A DNA stretch of 64,000 nt, taken from NCBI RefSeq assembly GCF_009914755.1, contig NC_060947.1; one strand, 5' to 3'. Positions 1-26,797 of this stretch are shown here, one piece after another. The notes under the pieces were generated by a model. It was not told the DNA's origin. It did no database searches and saw only the letters and a list, made by a program, of their open reading frames with translations. Position 1 is the stretch's first letter. Each line of letters opens with the position of its first letter. The DNA comes from the human T2T-CHM13v2.0 reference genome, Homo sapiens. The translations under genes were made by a program, and so were the position numbers.

Positions 1-29
1 ATTACAGGCGTGAGCCACCTCGCCCAGCC

Positions 30-712
<683 letters not shown>

Positions 713-959
713 CCTGTTTCTTTTCCTTCTTAATGGGCATGTAAAATTGTTCTGCAACACTCCTGGCTCTTCTGTGGAAGTGTGATGTCCACGAGAAGGA
801 ATTTAGGGAGAGCAAGCTTGCTTCTGCAGTCCCCGGGAAAGGCAGGTCTGCATGGCTAGCGGGGTCAAGCTCTCGTAGGAAGGAAAGAATGCTCCAAGAC
901 ATGCTCTGAACCCAGGAAGAACGCAAGCTTCGGCTCCGAAGCGTTCCGAGGAGGCCAAG

Positions 960-1260
960 CTGCCTCTAATCACCCCGAATTATCCGTAAGGGGAGGCGTC
1001 GGGGAGCTGGTAATCCGTGGGGATGGAAGCTAATTACTTAATCACTCGCATTTGTAAATCACATTATTGGAAAAGAAATTACTCTGGTGATCGAATTACA
1101 GATATTTATCTGCTAATAGCCCTGATTAACTGGCGATGTTAATCTGTCATTTTGAAAGCTAATATTAACAGCATCAATCTCGCCGAGAAAATAAACAGTT
1201 TACGGGAAATAAAACCGGGTGTAATGGAAAGCACCGTGTGTCGGAGTCCCCACATCTAGA
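960..1260. promoter_or_regulatory. Candidate conserved non-coding/enhancer-like island
   Basis: Repeat-free; dense TAAT/ATTA cores (taattac, ttaatc, gattaac, taatattaac) and retained CpGs. Confidence 0.4.
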
Positions 1261-2082
1261 GTGTGCTGCTGAGTGCAGTGGCCAAGGTCCCCGTTAGCCC
1301 TTTATGGAAAATACCCTCTGGCTGGGAACGGTTCGGACGAGGCTGACTCTAACGGGCTCAGAGAAGCTGAGGAGAAACACCTGGGGAAAATGCATTTTGA
1401 GAAAAATCCCAAAGGTTCTAGACACGGGTCCCCCAGGGAACGCCCTGCACGTGTATTTATGCAGAGTTCACTCTCGATAAAAAGGATCCCCTGGAATTCC
1501 AAGCAAGGAAGGATTGAGCTATCCAGCAGACACCCGGTGGGTGCATTTTACGTCCCCTTTAGCCAAATCGATGATCTCAGAGTGAGACTCAGAGTGAGAC
1601 TCCGGCTCAAAGAAAAAAAAAAAAAAATTACCAAATAGTGTCAAAACCATAGCTATGTCTTTTCTCAGACAACAATTTGATAATGCTTCTTTTTGGAAAA
1701 TTAGCAAGATTTGAGGATGGGGTTTGGATTTGCTCAAGAACAGTATGATGGCAGGATCTGGACCTTTAGCAAAACCCCCCTCTACTAAAAATTATAAAAA
1801 TTAGCCAGGCGTGGTGGTGGGTGCCTGTAATTCCAGCTACTAGGGAGGCTGAGGCAGGAGAATCGCTTGAATGAGAGTCGATTGGCTGTAAATGTAAAGG
1901 AATCTGCCACAATCTGAAAGCCGTGGGCTGAACGGTGTCTCTCCTGGAAAGCGTGTTGCAATCCAGACTCCAGTGAACGTAACTTGATTTGCAACAGGGT
2001 CTTTGATTTGGAAAGTTAACATGATATCCGTAGGGTGGGCCCTGATTCAATAGGACTGGTGTCTTTATAAGAAGAGGACATG

Positions 2083-3268
<1,186 letters not shown>

Positions 3269-3410
3269 CCACCAGCCCATCTTAAACTGTGTCCTTTGTC
3301 AGCCCTGGCTGGCCCGGGGTCGTGTTTGGAGAGGTCCCTGGCAAAGGCCATCGTTGCCATGACCTCCCCTACCCTCACTCCCACACCTGAGAGAGGAATG
3401 AATGGATAAC

Positions 3411-3572
3411 GTCACCTTGTGCACAGAGCACCTGGCATTATCTGTTGGGGAGAAGAGACGTTGCTTCCTTCCTTCCTCTTTAATTTTTTAATTTTTTTAA
3501 TGTCACCCTGTGCACAGAGCACCCAGTATTATCTGTTGGGGAGAAGAGACGTTGCTTCCTTCTTCCTCTTTT
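3411..3572. repeat. ~92-bp tandem duplication
   Basis: 'gtcacc.tgtgcacagagcacc...ttatctgttggggagaagagacgttgcttcctt' occurs twice. Confidence 0.9.
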
Positions 3573-3659
3573 AAAATTAAAGATACTGGCAGGGCATGAG
3601 GACGGAGTGAAGTCTATCTGAGTTAGCTTTACAAAAATGTGCGTCTTCCAAAAATCTGT

Positions 3660-4212
<553 letters not shown>

Positions 4213-4594
4213 TTAAAAACAATGCAGCACCATAGGACGCCTGCCAATGAGAGAGAAATAGATAATCAGGCATGCTGGATGGAAAACACATTAAAACAGT
4301 GAGTCACATTCTCTCTCAGTCATGCAGCTATGACCAGGTGTTCTGGATTGAATCGTGTCCCATATCCGTGGGTATAACCTTATTTGGAAATAGGGTCTTC
4401 AGAGGTATAATCAAGTAAAGACGAATTCATGAGCATGAACCCCCATGCAATAGCTCTGGGCTTCTTATGAAAAGAACTCATGGCTAGGATTTGGGGGCTC
4501 CTGAGGCTCTAGATGTAAAAGCATCAGCACTTGAAACTTTCAATCTTACAATGTAACGGCCCCTTTCCTTGCAGTAATGAGTAGAACAGTGTCA

Positions 4595-4990
4595 TTATCT
4601 GTTTGGGCTGCTGTAAAAAACAACAAAGACTGGGTAATTTTAAAAGAACAAAAATGTATTTCTTACAGTTCTGGGGGCCGGGAAGTCCAAGAGCCAAGCA
4701 GCCAAGCATCAATTGATTCTGTTGTCCGGTGAGGGCTGCTGTCTGCTTCCAAGATGAAAACTTGTCACTGTTTCTCCTGCAGGAGAGGAATGCTATGTCC
4801 TCGCATAGCAGAAGGCAGACGAGCAAGAGAAAGCTAAATGCTGTATGAAGCCCCTTTATAAGGCCTTAATCCCCCCTATGAGGGAGGAGCCATGATGGTC
4901 TAATCACCTCTTTAAGGCCTCCCGATACCATCACATTGGCCATCAAATTTCAACACTTGCATTCTGGAGGAAATGCATTCATACCATATC
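4595..4990 (-). mobile_element. MaLR LTR (MST/MLT1A-like)
   Basis: 'ctgtttgggctgctgtaa...agactgggtaattt...tatttcttacagttctggggg...gaagtccaag'. Confidence 0.65.
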
Positions 4991-5047
4991 AGACAGAAAT
5001 TATATGGCCAGCTCTATGGTTCCTCTCCTTACACTAACCATTATTCA

Positions 5048-5370
<323 letters not shown>

Positions 5371-5656
5371 AGAGGATGGTTACCTTATATAGGAGATAGA
5401 CAGTGGAAGGCATTCCAGAGAAGGCAAGCAGTGAGTAGATGTTTCAGGACCATTCTCAGCCCTGAGACAGGAGGCCCATGAAGTAGTGACTAATGTCCAC
5501 TCTGAAATGCATTGTGAAGAAGAGACAAAGAAGCTGAGAGCTGCTGTGCTGTCCTTGTGGGCCTGAGCTGTAGTTTTGTCTTTCTTTCAACAGCAACAGG
5601 GAAGGTGTTGCATGGTCTTCAGCAGCTAGGCAATGTTAGCAGGAGCACCTCCCACT

Positions 5657-6315
5657 TTCAAGTAGGCCTTCACCTCCAAATGGCCTCCACCTCCAAGTTA
5701 GTCTCCAACTTCTAAATTGGCTTCCACCTCCAAGTTAGCCTCCAGTTTCCCAGTTGGACTCTACCTCCTAGTTGGCCTCCACATCCAACTTGGACTCCAG
5801 CTTCCAAACTGGCCTCCACCTCCAAGTTAGCTTCCAACCTCCAAATTGACCTCACCTCCAAGTTAGCCTCCACCTTCAAGTTAGCCTCCAATCTCCCAAC
5901 TGGACTCTACCTCCTAGTTGGCCTCCAACCCACATGTTGGCCTCCACTTCCAACCTGGACTCCACACTCCAAACGGGCCTCCACCTCCAAGTTAGCCTCA
6001 ACCTCCAAATTGGTCTCCGCCTCCAAGTTAGCCTCCACCTGCAAGTTAGCTAATTTACCAGCTGGGAGATTATCAATCTGCTTATTATATCAATCTGCTT
6101 ATTATATCTTATTATGCCTCCAAGTTGGCCTCCACCATCAAGTTGACCTTCACTTCCACATTGGCCTCCACTGACAAGTTGAGTGGCCTCCACCTCCAAG
6201 CTGGCCTCTACCTCCAAGCTGGCTCTAACCTCGAAGTTGGCCTTCACCTCCAAGATGACCTCCAACCAACCAAATTGACCTCCAACCTCCAAGTTGACCT
6301 CCACCTTCAAGTTGG
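5657..6315. repeat. Degenerate ~18-19-bp minisatellite (CCTCCACCTCCAAGTTRG)n
   Basis: Over 30 diverged copies, interrupted at ~6050-6115. Confidence 0.85.
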
Positions 6316-7529
6316 TCTGAACATGGTTTGGAGAATATATCAATGGATGTATATGAAAGCAGAGTGACCAGTGGAGAAGTTGGTGTGGCCACTTGGACAT
6401 GATTGATGGACAGGGCTCCAACGGTTCATCAACCCAAGGCTCCTTTCTTTAAAAGCCACACTGACTCAACAGACCAGAGACCACATCTAAAGTCTACAGA
6501 AGAGCTGATAGCAGGCTCTGTCTGAGATAAGCCACTGTCGATTTCTCCCCATGTCCACCCAGTTCTGATCATGGTGCCTGCGTAAAGGTAGCCTGCCCTG
6601 TGTTTGTCTATTGTCTGAACAATTTCCAAATCACTGCCTCATCTGTAGCTCATTCTCCAAGGTCACTAACCTGTGTCCTGCCTGTCCACAAGGAAGGAGT
6701 GAGATTTCTCCTTCGGTCCTTGCTCCGTCTTCAAAGCTTGAGCACCTCGTCATACGCATTTTCCCTTTGATGGCCTTTTTGTTTCTTGCACTTCAAATCT
6801 GGTGGCCCAGGAAGTGTGGGCTTTGTCCTAGGCACCGATTGTCACATGTTTTCTCCACACTCAGTATGGGCTTTTTGTACAATTAGCCAGTTTTCTCTGA
6901 TTCCCTCATACTTTGCACCTTGGAAAAACTGTATGAACACAGTCTTATCTGTTCCCAATCTTATCCGTTCTTTGATTCCCTCAAGCTCCTGCATCGCTAC
7001 CTATCTGGCCTGCGGATTTAGCTCCTTGCCTGATTGCTTTGTGTTATTTTTCTTACAGTTGCCTTTTCCATCTGCCCCAAAGACTCATCTCATGAAAGCA
7101 AGATGATGAAGAGGGAGACGGATTAGGGCAGAGGCCGGGCAGGGAGGCGGGAGATGTGGGCTTGTTCTAAACAAGGTGTGAGATCTGCTGTAGAAGCCAA
7201 CTTACCAAGGGGTTTAGGCAACACAGCCAAGCCAGCCAAGATCTCCGGGGCTGTCCTGGGAGCACGCCCAAGCCCGAGGTTGGACTTGGGAGGTCTAGAG
7301 AGGAACACCACAGGCTCATGTTTCACTGGCCTGTTGGGACCACGGCTAATTCCACAGCCTCTTGGCTCCTTGGGAGGATATCACACCTCTCCTGGAACCC
7401 GAACCCTTGCGGCCCTCCCGTGATCCAGCGCCACCTCCCTAAGAACCTTTATAAGAAGAAGACATGAGGATCTTTGATCAGCTTCCTTCTTTTGCAGCTG
7501 AAAATATATTGAATGTCAGTAAAAGGTCT

Positions 7530-8315
7530 CATCTATTTTTATATATCTATCTCTGTCTATGTGTCTAGCTATCATCTATCTATCTATCTATGTGTCACTC
7601 TATGTACTTATCTATCTATCTGCTTGTCTGTCTGTCTATCCATGTATCTATCTATCTATATGTGTATCTATCTATCTATCATCTGTCTATGTGTCCATTT
7701 ATCTGTGTATCTATCTATCTACCTATCTGTCTATGTGTCTATCTATCTGTGTATCTATCTATATATCTATCTATCATCTATCTATCTATCTATTGGTCTA
7801 TCTATCTGTCAATCTATGTATCTATCTATCTATCTATTGGTCTATCTATCTATCAATCTATCCTTCTATCTATCCATCCATCTATCCATATCCATCCATC
7901 TATCGTATCAATCAATTGATCTATCATCTATCCTATTATGTATCAATCTATCCTCCATCTATCTGTCCATCTCTGTGCATCTATCCTATCGACTTATCAG
8001 TCTATCCTTCTATTTATCTATCTTTCTATGTATCTCCATTCATCTATCCAATTGATCTATCAATGTATTCTTCTATCTATACATCTATCTACCTACCTGC
8101 CTGCCTATCTATTTTATCTAATCTATCTATCCGTCTATCTACCCATCTATTATCTTTATCTATCTCTATCATCCATCTTTCTATCTCTTTATCTAGCTCT
8201 CTATCGATCTCTTTATCTGTCTATCTCTTTCTCTATCTGTATCTATCTATCCATTCTTCTGTCAGTTTGTCTGTCTGTCCCTCTGTCTATCCATCTATCT
8301 ATCTATCTCTATCTG

Positions 8316-8360
<45 letters not shown>

Positions 8361-8505
8361 CTTCTTCTGTCCGTTCATGTGTCTGTCCATCTATCTATCC
8401 ATCTATCTATCATCTAACTATCTGTCCATCCATCCATCCATCCACCCATTCATCCATCCACCTATCCATCTATCAATCCATCCATCCATCCATCCGTCTA
8501 TCTTA
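7530..8505. repeat. Degenerate (TCTA)n/(TCCA)n simple-repeat tract
   Basis: ~1 kb of tcta/tctg/tcca tetramers. Confidence 0.95.
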
Positions 8506-8857
8506 TGCATCACAGCTGGACCATGCAGAAGACAGAGGGCTGAGGAATGGGAGCTTCTGATGAGGTCTGTGGGTGCAGCCATGAACCCCTCCAGTTAATG
8601 TGACTGTATTGGGGAGAACTGGCACCACTGAGGGGGAAGTTGTAGCTGTGAAGAGTGCAGGACCCAGTGGTTGTTGTTGAAGACCACCTGTGTACGATCT
8701 GAGGTACAGCTGGAACACTCGGGTGACGAGTTCCTCACTGAAGGTCAATTTGGACCATCCCAAGAGTCCCCTTGGCAGCACAGAGAGATACTGATCTCCC
8801 ACAGCAGGTGCAGAGAAAGTAAAAGACCAGGAACAAAGTGTGCTGGGCACTGTCTGA

Positions 8858-11224
<2,367 letters not shown>

Positions 11225-11394
11225 CCCCTCACTTCTTTAATAAGACCCTGATTTCCTTTACAGGATCCTGCCCCAACCCAGGGGATGAACCAGGCAGGTC
11301 GATCTGTTCCCCATTTCTGGTAGCCAAGCTTCAGACTTGGTAAAGTGTGTGGGAGAAGCATGGCAAAAGAGGAACAGGGAAAAAACTATCTTTG

Positions 11395-11950
11395 CCCACA
11401 CCCTCCCTTTCTGCTAGGAATGCCATCTTGAGAATGTGATGTCCAGAGCTTCAGCAGCCACTTTGTGAATATGAGAAAACTCTGCCATGCCCATGCCCTC
11501 ATTTCCTGCTAGGGATGCTTTATTGAGGGTGTAATATCTGGAGCTTCAGCAGCCACTTTGTGACTATGAGAAAACTCTGTTGTGCCCATGGCCTCCCTTC
11601 CTTCTAGGAATGCTCTCTTGAGGGTGCGATGTCCGGAGCTTCAACAGCCACTTTGTGAGTATGAGAAAACTCTGTTGTGCGCGTGCCCTTCCTTCCTGCT
11701 AGCAATGCTCTCTTGAGGGCATGATGTATGGAGCTTCAGTAGCCACTTTGTGATTGTAAGAAAACTCTCTTGTGCCCACGGCCTCCTTTCCTGCTAGGAA
11801 TGCTCTCTTAAGGGCGTGATGTCCGGAGCTTCAGCAGCCACTTTGTAAGAATATGAAAACTGTGTTGTGCCCATGCCTTCACTTCCTGCTAGGAATGCTC
11901 TTTTGAGGGCAGGACATTCAGAGCTCCAGCAGCTGCTTTGTGACTATGAG
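11395..11950. repeat. 95-bp minisatellite, ~5.7 copies, MLT1-like
   Basis: 'ctgctaggaatg' motif at ~11412, 11506, 11601, 11696, 11791, 11886. Confidence 0.88.
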
Positions 11951-11992
11951 GCACACTGTCAGACTGTGAGGTGTTACCATGCAGGAGGATGT

Positions 11993-12200
11993 CATTACCT
12001 GTTCTTTATTTGCATTACTGTTCTTTTATCTGCATTACCTGTTCTTTTATTTGCATTACCTGTTCTTTATTTGCATTACTGTTCTTTTATTTGCATTACC
12101 TGTTCTTTATTTGCATTACTCTCTGTTCTTTGTTTGCATTACTGTTCTTTTATTTGCATTACCTGTTCTTTATTTGCATTACTCTCTGTTTTTTATTTGC
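11993..12200. repeat. ~20-bp VNTR (TGTTCTTTTATTTGCATTAC), ~10 copies, 7 with a perfect octamer ATTTGCAT
   Basis: Read directly from the sequence. Confidence 0.93.
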
Positions 12201-12486
12201 ACGAACGGCCTAGATTTCTCTGCCTGCATCACTGCAGCAAACACTCCACGGGACTTTGGCAGGAGCAAGAAATATTCTCACTTCACGTCTCCTCAATTCC
12301 TCCCAGCCATTTGTGCCGCTGTGATGATAGGTCTGTGGTAAGGAATATTCCTTCTCCCCAGGCTGCAGCAGATACCTGGAACAGGCATTCCTCGTAGTAC
12401 TTCTGTTTGCTACTTTTCATCTCTAGGAATGGAGCGGAGAAATCACCTGCCCAGGTGTAGCCATACAGAGTAGTTAATGAAGTTCA

Positions 12487-13275
<789 letters not shown>

Positions 13276-13677
13276 TTACCTTTTCTTAGGCGACCGCAAC
13301 TCTGACATCTCACGTGCATTCTTGTCTAGACCAGCGCCTCTTTTCCTTCCAATTTCTGTAAGGGGGTCTTTTTTTTGCCAATCGTGCATCAGCCAGCTAC
13401 CCATTTAAGCAGCTTCTCAGAAGCCCTTTCAAGTTCTGAAGCGTCTGCTAATAACACGGTCTTCCGTCGAGGCTGTGTCTCCAATCATTCTTTCCAACGC
13501 AACCATCTTCCTTCTGCTCACATAACATATGTTTGTAATCATGTAACACTCGCAGCCTGTTGGAGCAGCCCGTCATCTGCAACCCAGAGCTGCTCAACTG
13601 AACGCTGTCCAATGTCATTTACGCCGGATTTTAAATGCATTTTTCCTCTAGCACTCTTGGCTCTTTTAGGATATTTC

Positions 13678-13727
<50 letters not shown>

Positions 13728-13994
13728 TTTCGCCTTGTACATGATTTCCTTTGTTTTATGCATGTTGGAAACTCAGACCTTTTTGCAAGAATTCCATTTA
13801 CCAAGATGCAGACAGCAATCATAAAAGATGATGCTGGCTTTCAGAATGGAAAAAAAAATTACAAAAGAATTCTTCAACATTTAGCCATGTCATGACTGAT
13901 TTTTTTAAATGCAATCATTTTCCATTTGTCTTTAACGCTAGCATTTTTACAAGTGGGTTTAAATATTTGATAGATTTATATTTTAAACCTTTTA

Positions 13995-14439
13995 GGCCGG
14001 GTGTGGTGGCTCATGCCTGTCATCCCACTACTTTGGGAGGCTGAGGCGGGTGAATCACCTGAGGTCAGGAGTTCGAGACCAGCCTGGCCAACATGGAGAA
14101 ACCACACTGAAACACCACCTGGCCAGGCACAATGGCTCACGTCTGTCATCACAGCACTTTGAGAGGCCGAAGCAGGTGGATCACCTGAGGTCACGAGTTC
14201 AAGACCATCCTAGACAACATGGTGAAACCCTGTCTCTACTAAAAAAACAAAAATTAGCCAGGTGTGGTGGTGGGCACCTGTAATCCCAGCTACTCAGGAA
14301 GCTGAGGCAGGAGGATCACTTGAGCCCGGGAGGCGGAGGTTGCAGTGAGCCAACATCTTGACACTCCACCCCAGGCTGGGCAACAGAGAAAGACTCCATC
14401 TCAAAAAAAAAAGAAAGAGAGAAAGAAAGAAGAAAGAAA

Positions 14440-14519
<80 letters not shown>

Positions 14520-14600
14520 CAGACGGGAAGGGAAGGAAGAAAGGAAGGACGGAAGGAAGGAAGGGAGAGAAAGAAAGAAAGAAGGAAAGAAAGAAAGAAA

Positions 14601-14647
<47 letters not shown>

Positions 14648-14895
14648 GAAGGAAGGAAGGAAGGAAGGAAGGAAGGAAGGAAGGAAGGAAAGAAAGAAAG
14701 AAAGAAAGAAAGAAGGAAAAAAAGAAAGAAAAAGAAAAAAAACCCAGCATATCTCCTGCATTCATTTGTTCCAGTGCCAGGCACAATGAGGTACTGTTCC
14801 AATCCTAAGAGCCGAGATCATGCCACTGCATTCCGCTTGGGTGACAGAGAAAGACTCCATCTCAAATAAATGAATACACAAATAAATAAAATAAA
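13995..14895 (+). mobile_element. Compound Alu containing a copied Alu 3' end, (GAAA)n tail and 65 bp of unique flank
   Basis: 14745-14809 matches 13152-13216; Alu sequence resumes at 14810 'agccgagatcatgcc'. Confidence 0.85.
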
Positions 14896-15355
14896 CTACC
14901 CTCCTATTGACGTTGACTAGTCTACGTCTTTCTGGGTAGTGCCTTCACTCCTCTCTGACCCTTAGTGAACACCTTTAGCAATCTGTAATCAATATATTTG
15001 TAACGAATCACCATCAGCTGTCCATGGTCCCAGTCGTGACTCCCATTGAATTTAAGGGTGAAGATGCCCCTGTTTTCTGAGGGATCTCTTCCTCCTTGTG
15101 CCTTCTGTACCAAATCAAAATGTCCAATCTCAATGCCAGGGCTGGGATCATTGATGCTTACCACGTGGGTTTCTAACATAGACTGTGGGTTGCATTTTTC
15201 TAAAATACATGGTCCAACAGCGTTTAAGGTCACCGTCATTGCCCCTAAACCCACAGAGTGAGGCATAGAACACAGGATCAAATGCACAAACCCGTGCACA
15301 CACACACGCATGCACTTCTTTTCCTAACTACATGAGAAAAATCATTTGGTGCTTA

Positions 15356-22500
<7,145 letters not shown>

Positions 22501-22619
22501 CAAAGGAAGGTGTGGTTATGAGAGAGCAGCCTAAACATTTGGGGGAACATCCTAAATCCCAGCAGCAGGGGAAGAAAGGCCAGGTGAGAGGGTTTTTTTC
22601 TGCACAGAAGTAACTGATG

Positions 22620-23256
<637 letters not shown>

Positions 23257-23389
23257 TGAATTTTACCTCTATTTTTAAAAAAGCTTGTCGCGTGTCTCAT
23301 ACTCACAAGTTTGTGTAAAATAGTCACAATTATCAAATAAAAACTTGTACAGGGGTATTCATAGCAGTGGTATTCACAGTAGCCAAAAA

Positions 23390-26080
23390 GTAGAAACAGC
23401 CTTACTGCCCATCTATGAATAAATGGGTAAACACAATGTGGCTTATCCATGCAATGCAATATTATAATGGAATATTATGCAGCCTGGAAAAGGAACAAGG
23501 CTCTGACAAGAGGCTGCAACATGAATGCATCTTTGGAAACAGCCCTACTGCCCATCTATAAAGGAATGGATAAACACAGCATAGCTCATCCATGCAATGC
23601 AATATTATAATGGAATATTACGCAGCCTGGAAAAAGAAGTCTCTAACAAAAGGCTGCAACATGAATGAATTTTTGGAACAACCCTATTGCCCATCTATGA
23701 AGGAATGATAAACAGAGCATGGTTCATCCATGTAATGGAATATTATGCAGCCTTGAGAAGGAACAAAGCTCTGACAAAAGCTGCAACAGGAATGAATTTT
23801 TGGAACAGCCCTACTGCCCATCTATGAAAGAATGGATAAACACAGCATGGTTCATCCATGTGATGCAATATTATAATGGAATATTATGCAGCCTGGAAAA
23901 GGAACAAGGCTCTGACAAAAGGCTGCAACATAAATGCATTTTTAGAAACAGCACTACTGTTCATCTATGAAGGAATGATAAACACAATATGGTTCATCCA
24001 TGCAATATTATAGTGGAATATTATGCAGGCTGGAAAAGGAACAAGGCTCTGACAAAAGCAGCAACATGAATGAATTTTGGAAACAGCCCTACTGCTCATC
24101 TATGAAGGAATGGATAAACACAGCGTGGTTCATCGATACAATGGAATATTATGCCACCTGGAAAAGGAATGAGGCTCTGACAAAGGCTGCAACATGAATG
24201 AATTTTTGGAAACAGCCCAATACCCATCTGTGAATGAATGGATAAATACCACGTGGTTCATCCATGCAATGCAATATTATAATGGAATATTATGCAGCCT
24301 GGAAAAGGAACAAGGCTCTGACAAAGGCTGCAATGTGAATGAATTTTTGGAAACAGCCCTGCTGCTCATCTATGAAGGAATGATAAACACTGCATTGTTT
24401 ATCCATGCAATGGGATATTATGCAGTCTGGAAAAGGAACAAGGCTCTGACAAAGGCTATGACATGAATGAATTTTGGAAACAGCCCTACTTACCATCTAT
24501 GAAAGAATGATAAACACAATGTGGTTCACCCATGCAATATTATAGTGGAATATTATGCAGCCTGGAACAGGAACAAGGCTCTGACAAAGGCTGCAATGTG
24601 AATGAATTTTTGGAAATAGCCCTAATGCTCATCGATGAAGGAGTGATAAACACAGCATCCTTTATCCATGCAATGGAATATTATTCAGTCTAGAAAAGGA
24701 ATAAGGCTCTGACAAAAGACTGCACTATGTATGAATTTTGGAAACAGTCCTACTGCCCATCTATAAAGGAATGGATAAACACAGCATAGTTCATCTATAC
24801 AATGCAACATTACAATGGAATATTATACAGCCTGGAACAGGAACAAGGCTCTGACAAAGGCTGCAATGTGAATGAATTTTGGAAACAGCTCTACTGCCCA
24901 TCTGTGAAGGAATGATAAACATAATGTGGTTCATCCATGCAATATTATAATGGAATATTATGCAGCTTGGAACAGGAACAAGGCTCTGACAAAAGACTAT
25001 CATGAATGAATTTTTGGAAACAGTCCTACTGCTCATCTATGAATGAATGATAAACACAATGTGGTTCATCCATGCAATGCAATATTATAATGGAATATTA
25101 TGCAGCCTGGAACAGGAACAAGGCTCTGACAAAGGCTGCAATGTGAATGAATTTTTGGAAATAGCCCTACTGCTCATCCTTGAAGGAATGATAAACACAG
25201 CATCGTTTATCCATGCAATGGAATATTATGCAGGCTGGAAAAGGAATAAGGCTCTGACAAAGGCTGCAACATGAATGAATTTTGGAAACAGCCCTACTGC
25301 CCATCTATGAATGAATGGATAAACACCACATGATTCATCATGCAATGCAATATTGTAATGGAATATTATGCAGCCTGGAAAAGGAACAAAGCTCTGACAA
25401 AGGCTGCAACGTGAATGAATTTTTGGAAACAGCCCTACTGCTCATCTATGAAGGAATGATAAACACAGCATTGTTTATCCATGCAATGGAATATTATGCA
25501 GTCTGGAAAAGGAACAAGGCTCTGACAAAGGCTATGACATGAATGAATTTTGGAAACAGCCCTACTTACCATCTATGAAAGAATGATAAACACAATGTGG
25601 TTCATCCATGCAATATTATAATGGAATATTATGCAGCTTGGAACAGGAACAAGGCTCTGACAAAAGACTGTATTGTGAATGAATTTTTGGAAACAGTCCT
25701 ACTGCTCATCTATGAAAGAATGATAAACACAATGTGGCTCATCCATGCAATGCAATATTATAGTGGAATATTATGCAGCCTGGAACAGGAACAAGGCTCT
25801 GACAAAGGCTGCAACATGAAAGAATTTTTGGAAATACCCGTACTGCTCATCTGTGAAGGAATGATAAACACAGCATGGTTCATCCATGCAATGGAATATT
25901 ATGCAGCCTTGAAAAGAAACAAGGCTCTGACAAAAGCTGCAACAGGAATGAATTTTTGGAAACAGCCCTGCTGCTCATCTATGAAGGAATGGATAAACAC
26001 AGCAGCAGTATTATAATGGAATACTATGCAGCCTGGAAAAGGAACAAGGCTCTGACAAAGACCACAACGTGAATGAACCC
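23390..26080 (+). repeat. L1-derived minisatellite, ~20 units of ~128-141 bp
   Basis: Unit 'ggaaacagccctactgcccatctatgaaggaatggataaacac...atggaatattatgcagcctggaaaaggaac' translates like the L1 ORF2p C-terminus (WIN..W.IH.MEYYAA). Confidence 0.93.
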
Positions 26081-26410
26081 TGAGGACATCATGCTCAGAG
26101 AGAAAAGCCAGGCACAAACACAAAAGGACACACAGGGTGTGATTCCCTTTCAATGAAATGTGCTGAACAGGCAAACCCCTAGAGAAAGATAGTGGAATTT
26201 TGGGTGCTAGGGCCTGGGGAGGAGAAATGGGAGTGACTGCTCAACATGTACAGGGTGCGCTTTTGGGAGTGATGAAAATGTTCTGGACCTAGAGATTGGT
26301 GATGGTTGTACAACATTGTGAATGGACTAAATGTCACTGACTCATTCAGTTTAAAACGGTTATAAAGCTGAATTTTATATATATGTATTTTGTCATCATA
26401 AAAAGAATGT
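26080..26410 (+). mobile_element. L1MB-like 3' end continuing from the array
   Basis: 'gaggacatcatgctcagagagaaaagccag...ggagtgactgct...ggtgatggttgtacaacattgtgaat'. Confidence 0.75.
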
Positions 26411-26605
26411 ACATTCTGAACTTTCTTTTTTAACAGGTGAGAGGTTGGGTAAAGAATCTTCCAGAATGGACGGACACGGTGACTCACCCCTGAAATCCCA
26501 GCACTTTGGGAGGCCGAGACGGGCAGATCACCTGACGTCAGGAGCTCGAGACCAGCCTGGCCAACATGGCGAAACCCCGTCTCTGCTAAATATACAAAAA
26601 AATTA

Positions 26606-26797
<192 letters not shown>

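Noticed and set aside
1576-1602. 12-bp duplication 'ctcagagtgaga'
   Set aside because: Ordinary slippage-scale event
7513-8560. Long ORFs up to 333 aa
   Set aside because: Translations of (TCTA)n
23719-26072. ORFs resembling the L1 ORF2p C-terminus
   Set aside because: Short, frameshifted remnants within a tandem repeat; no continuous ORF
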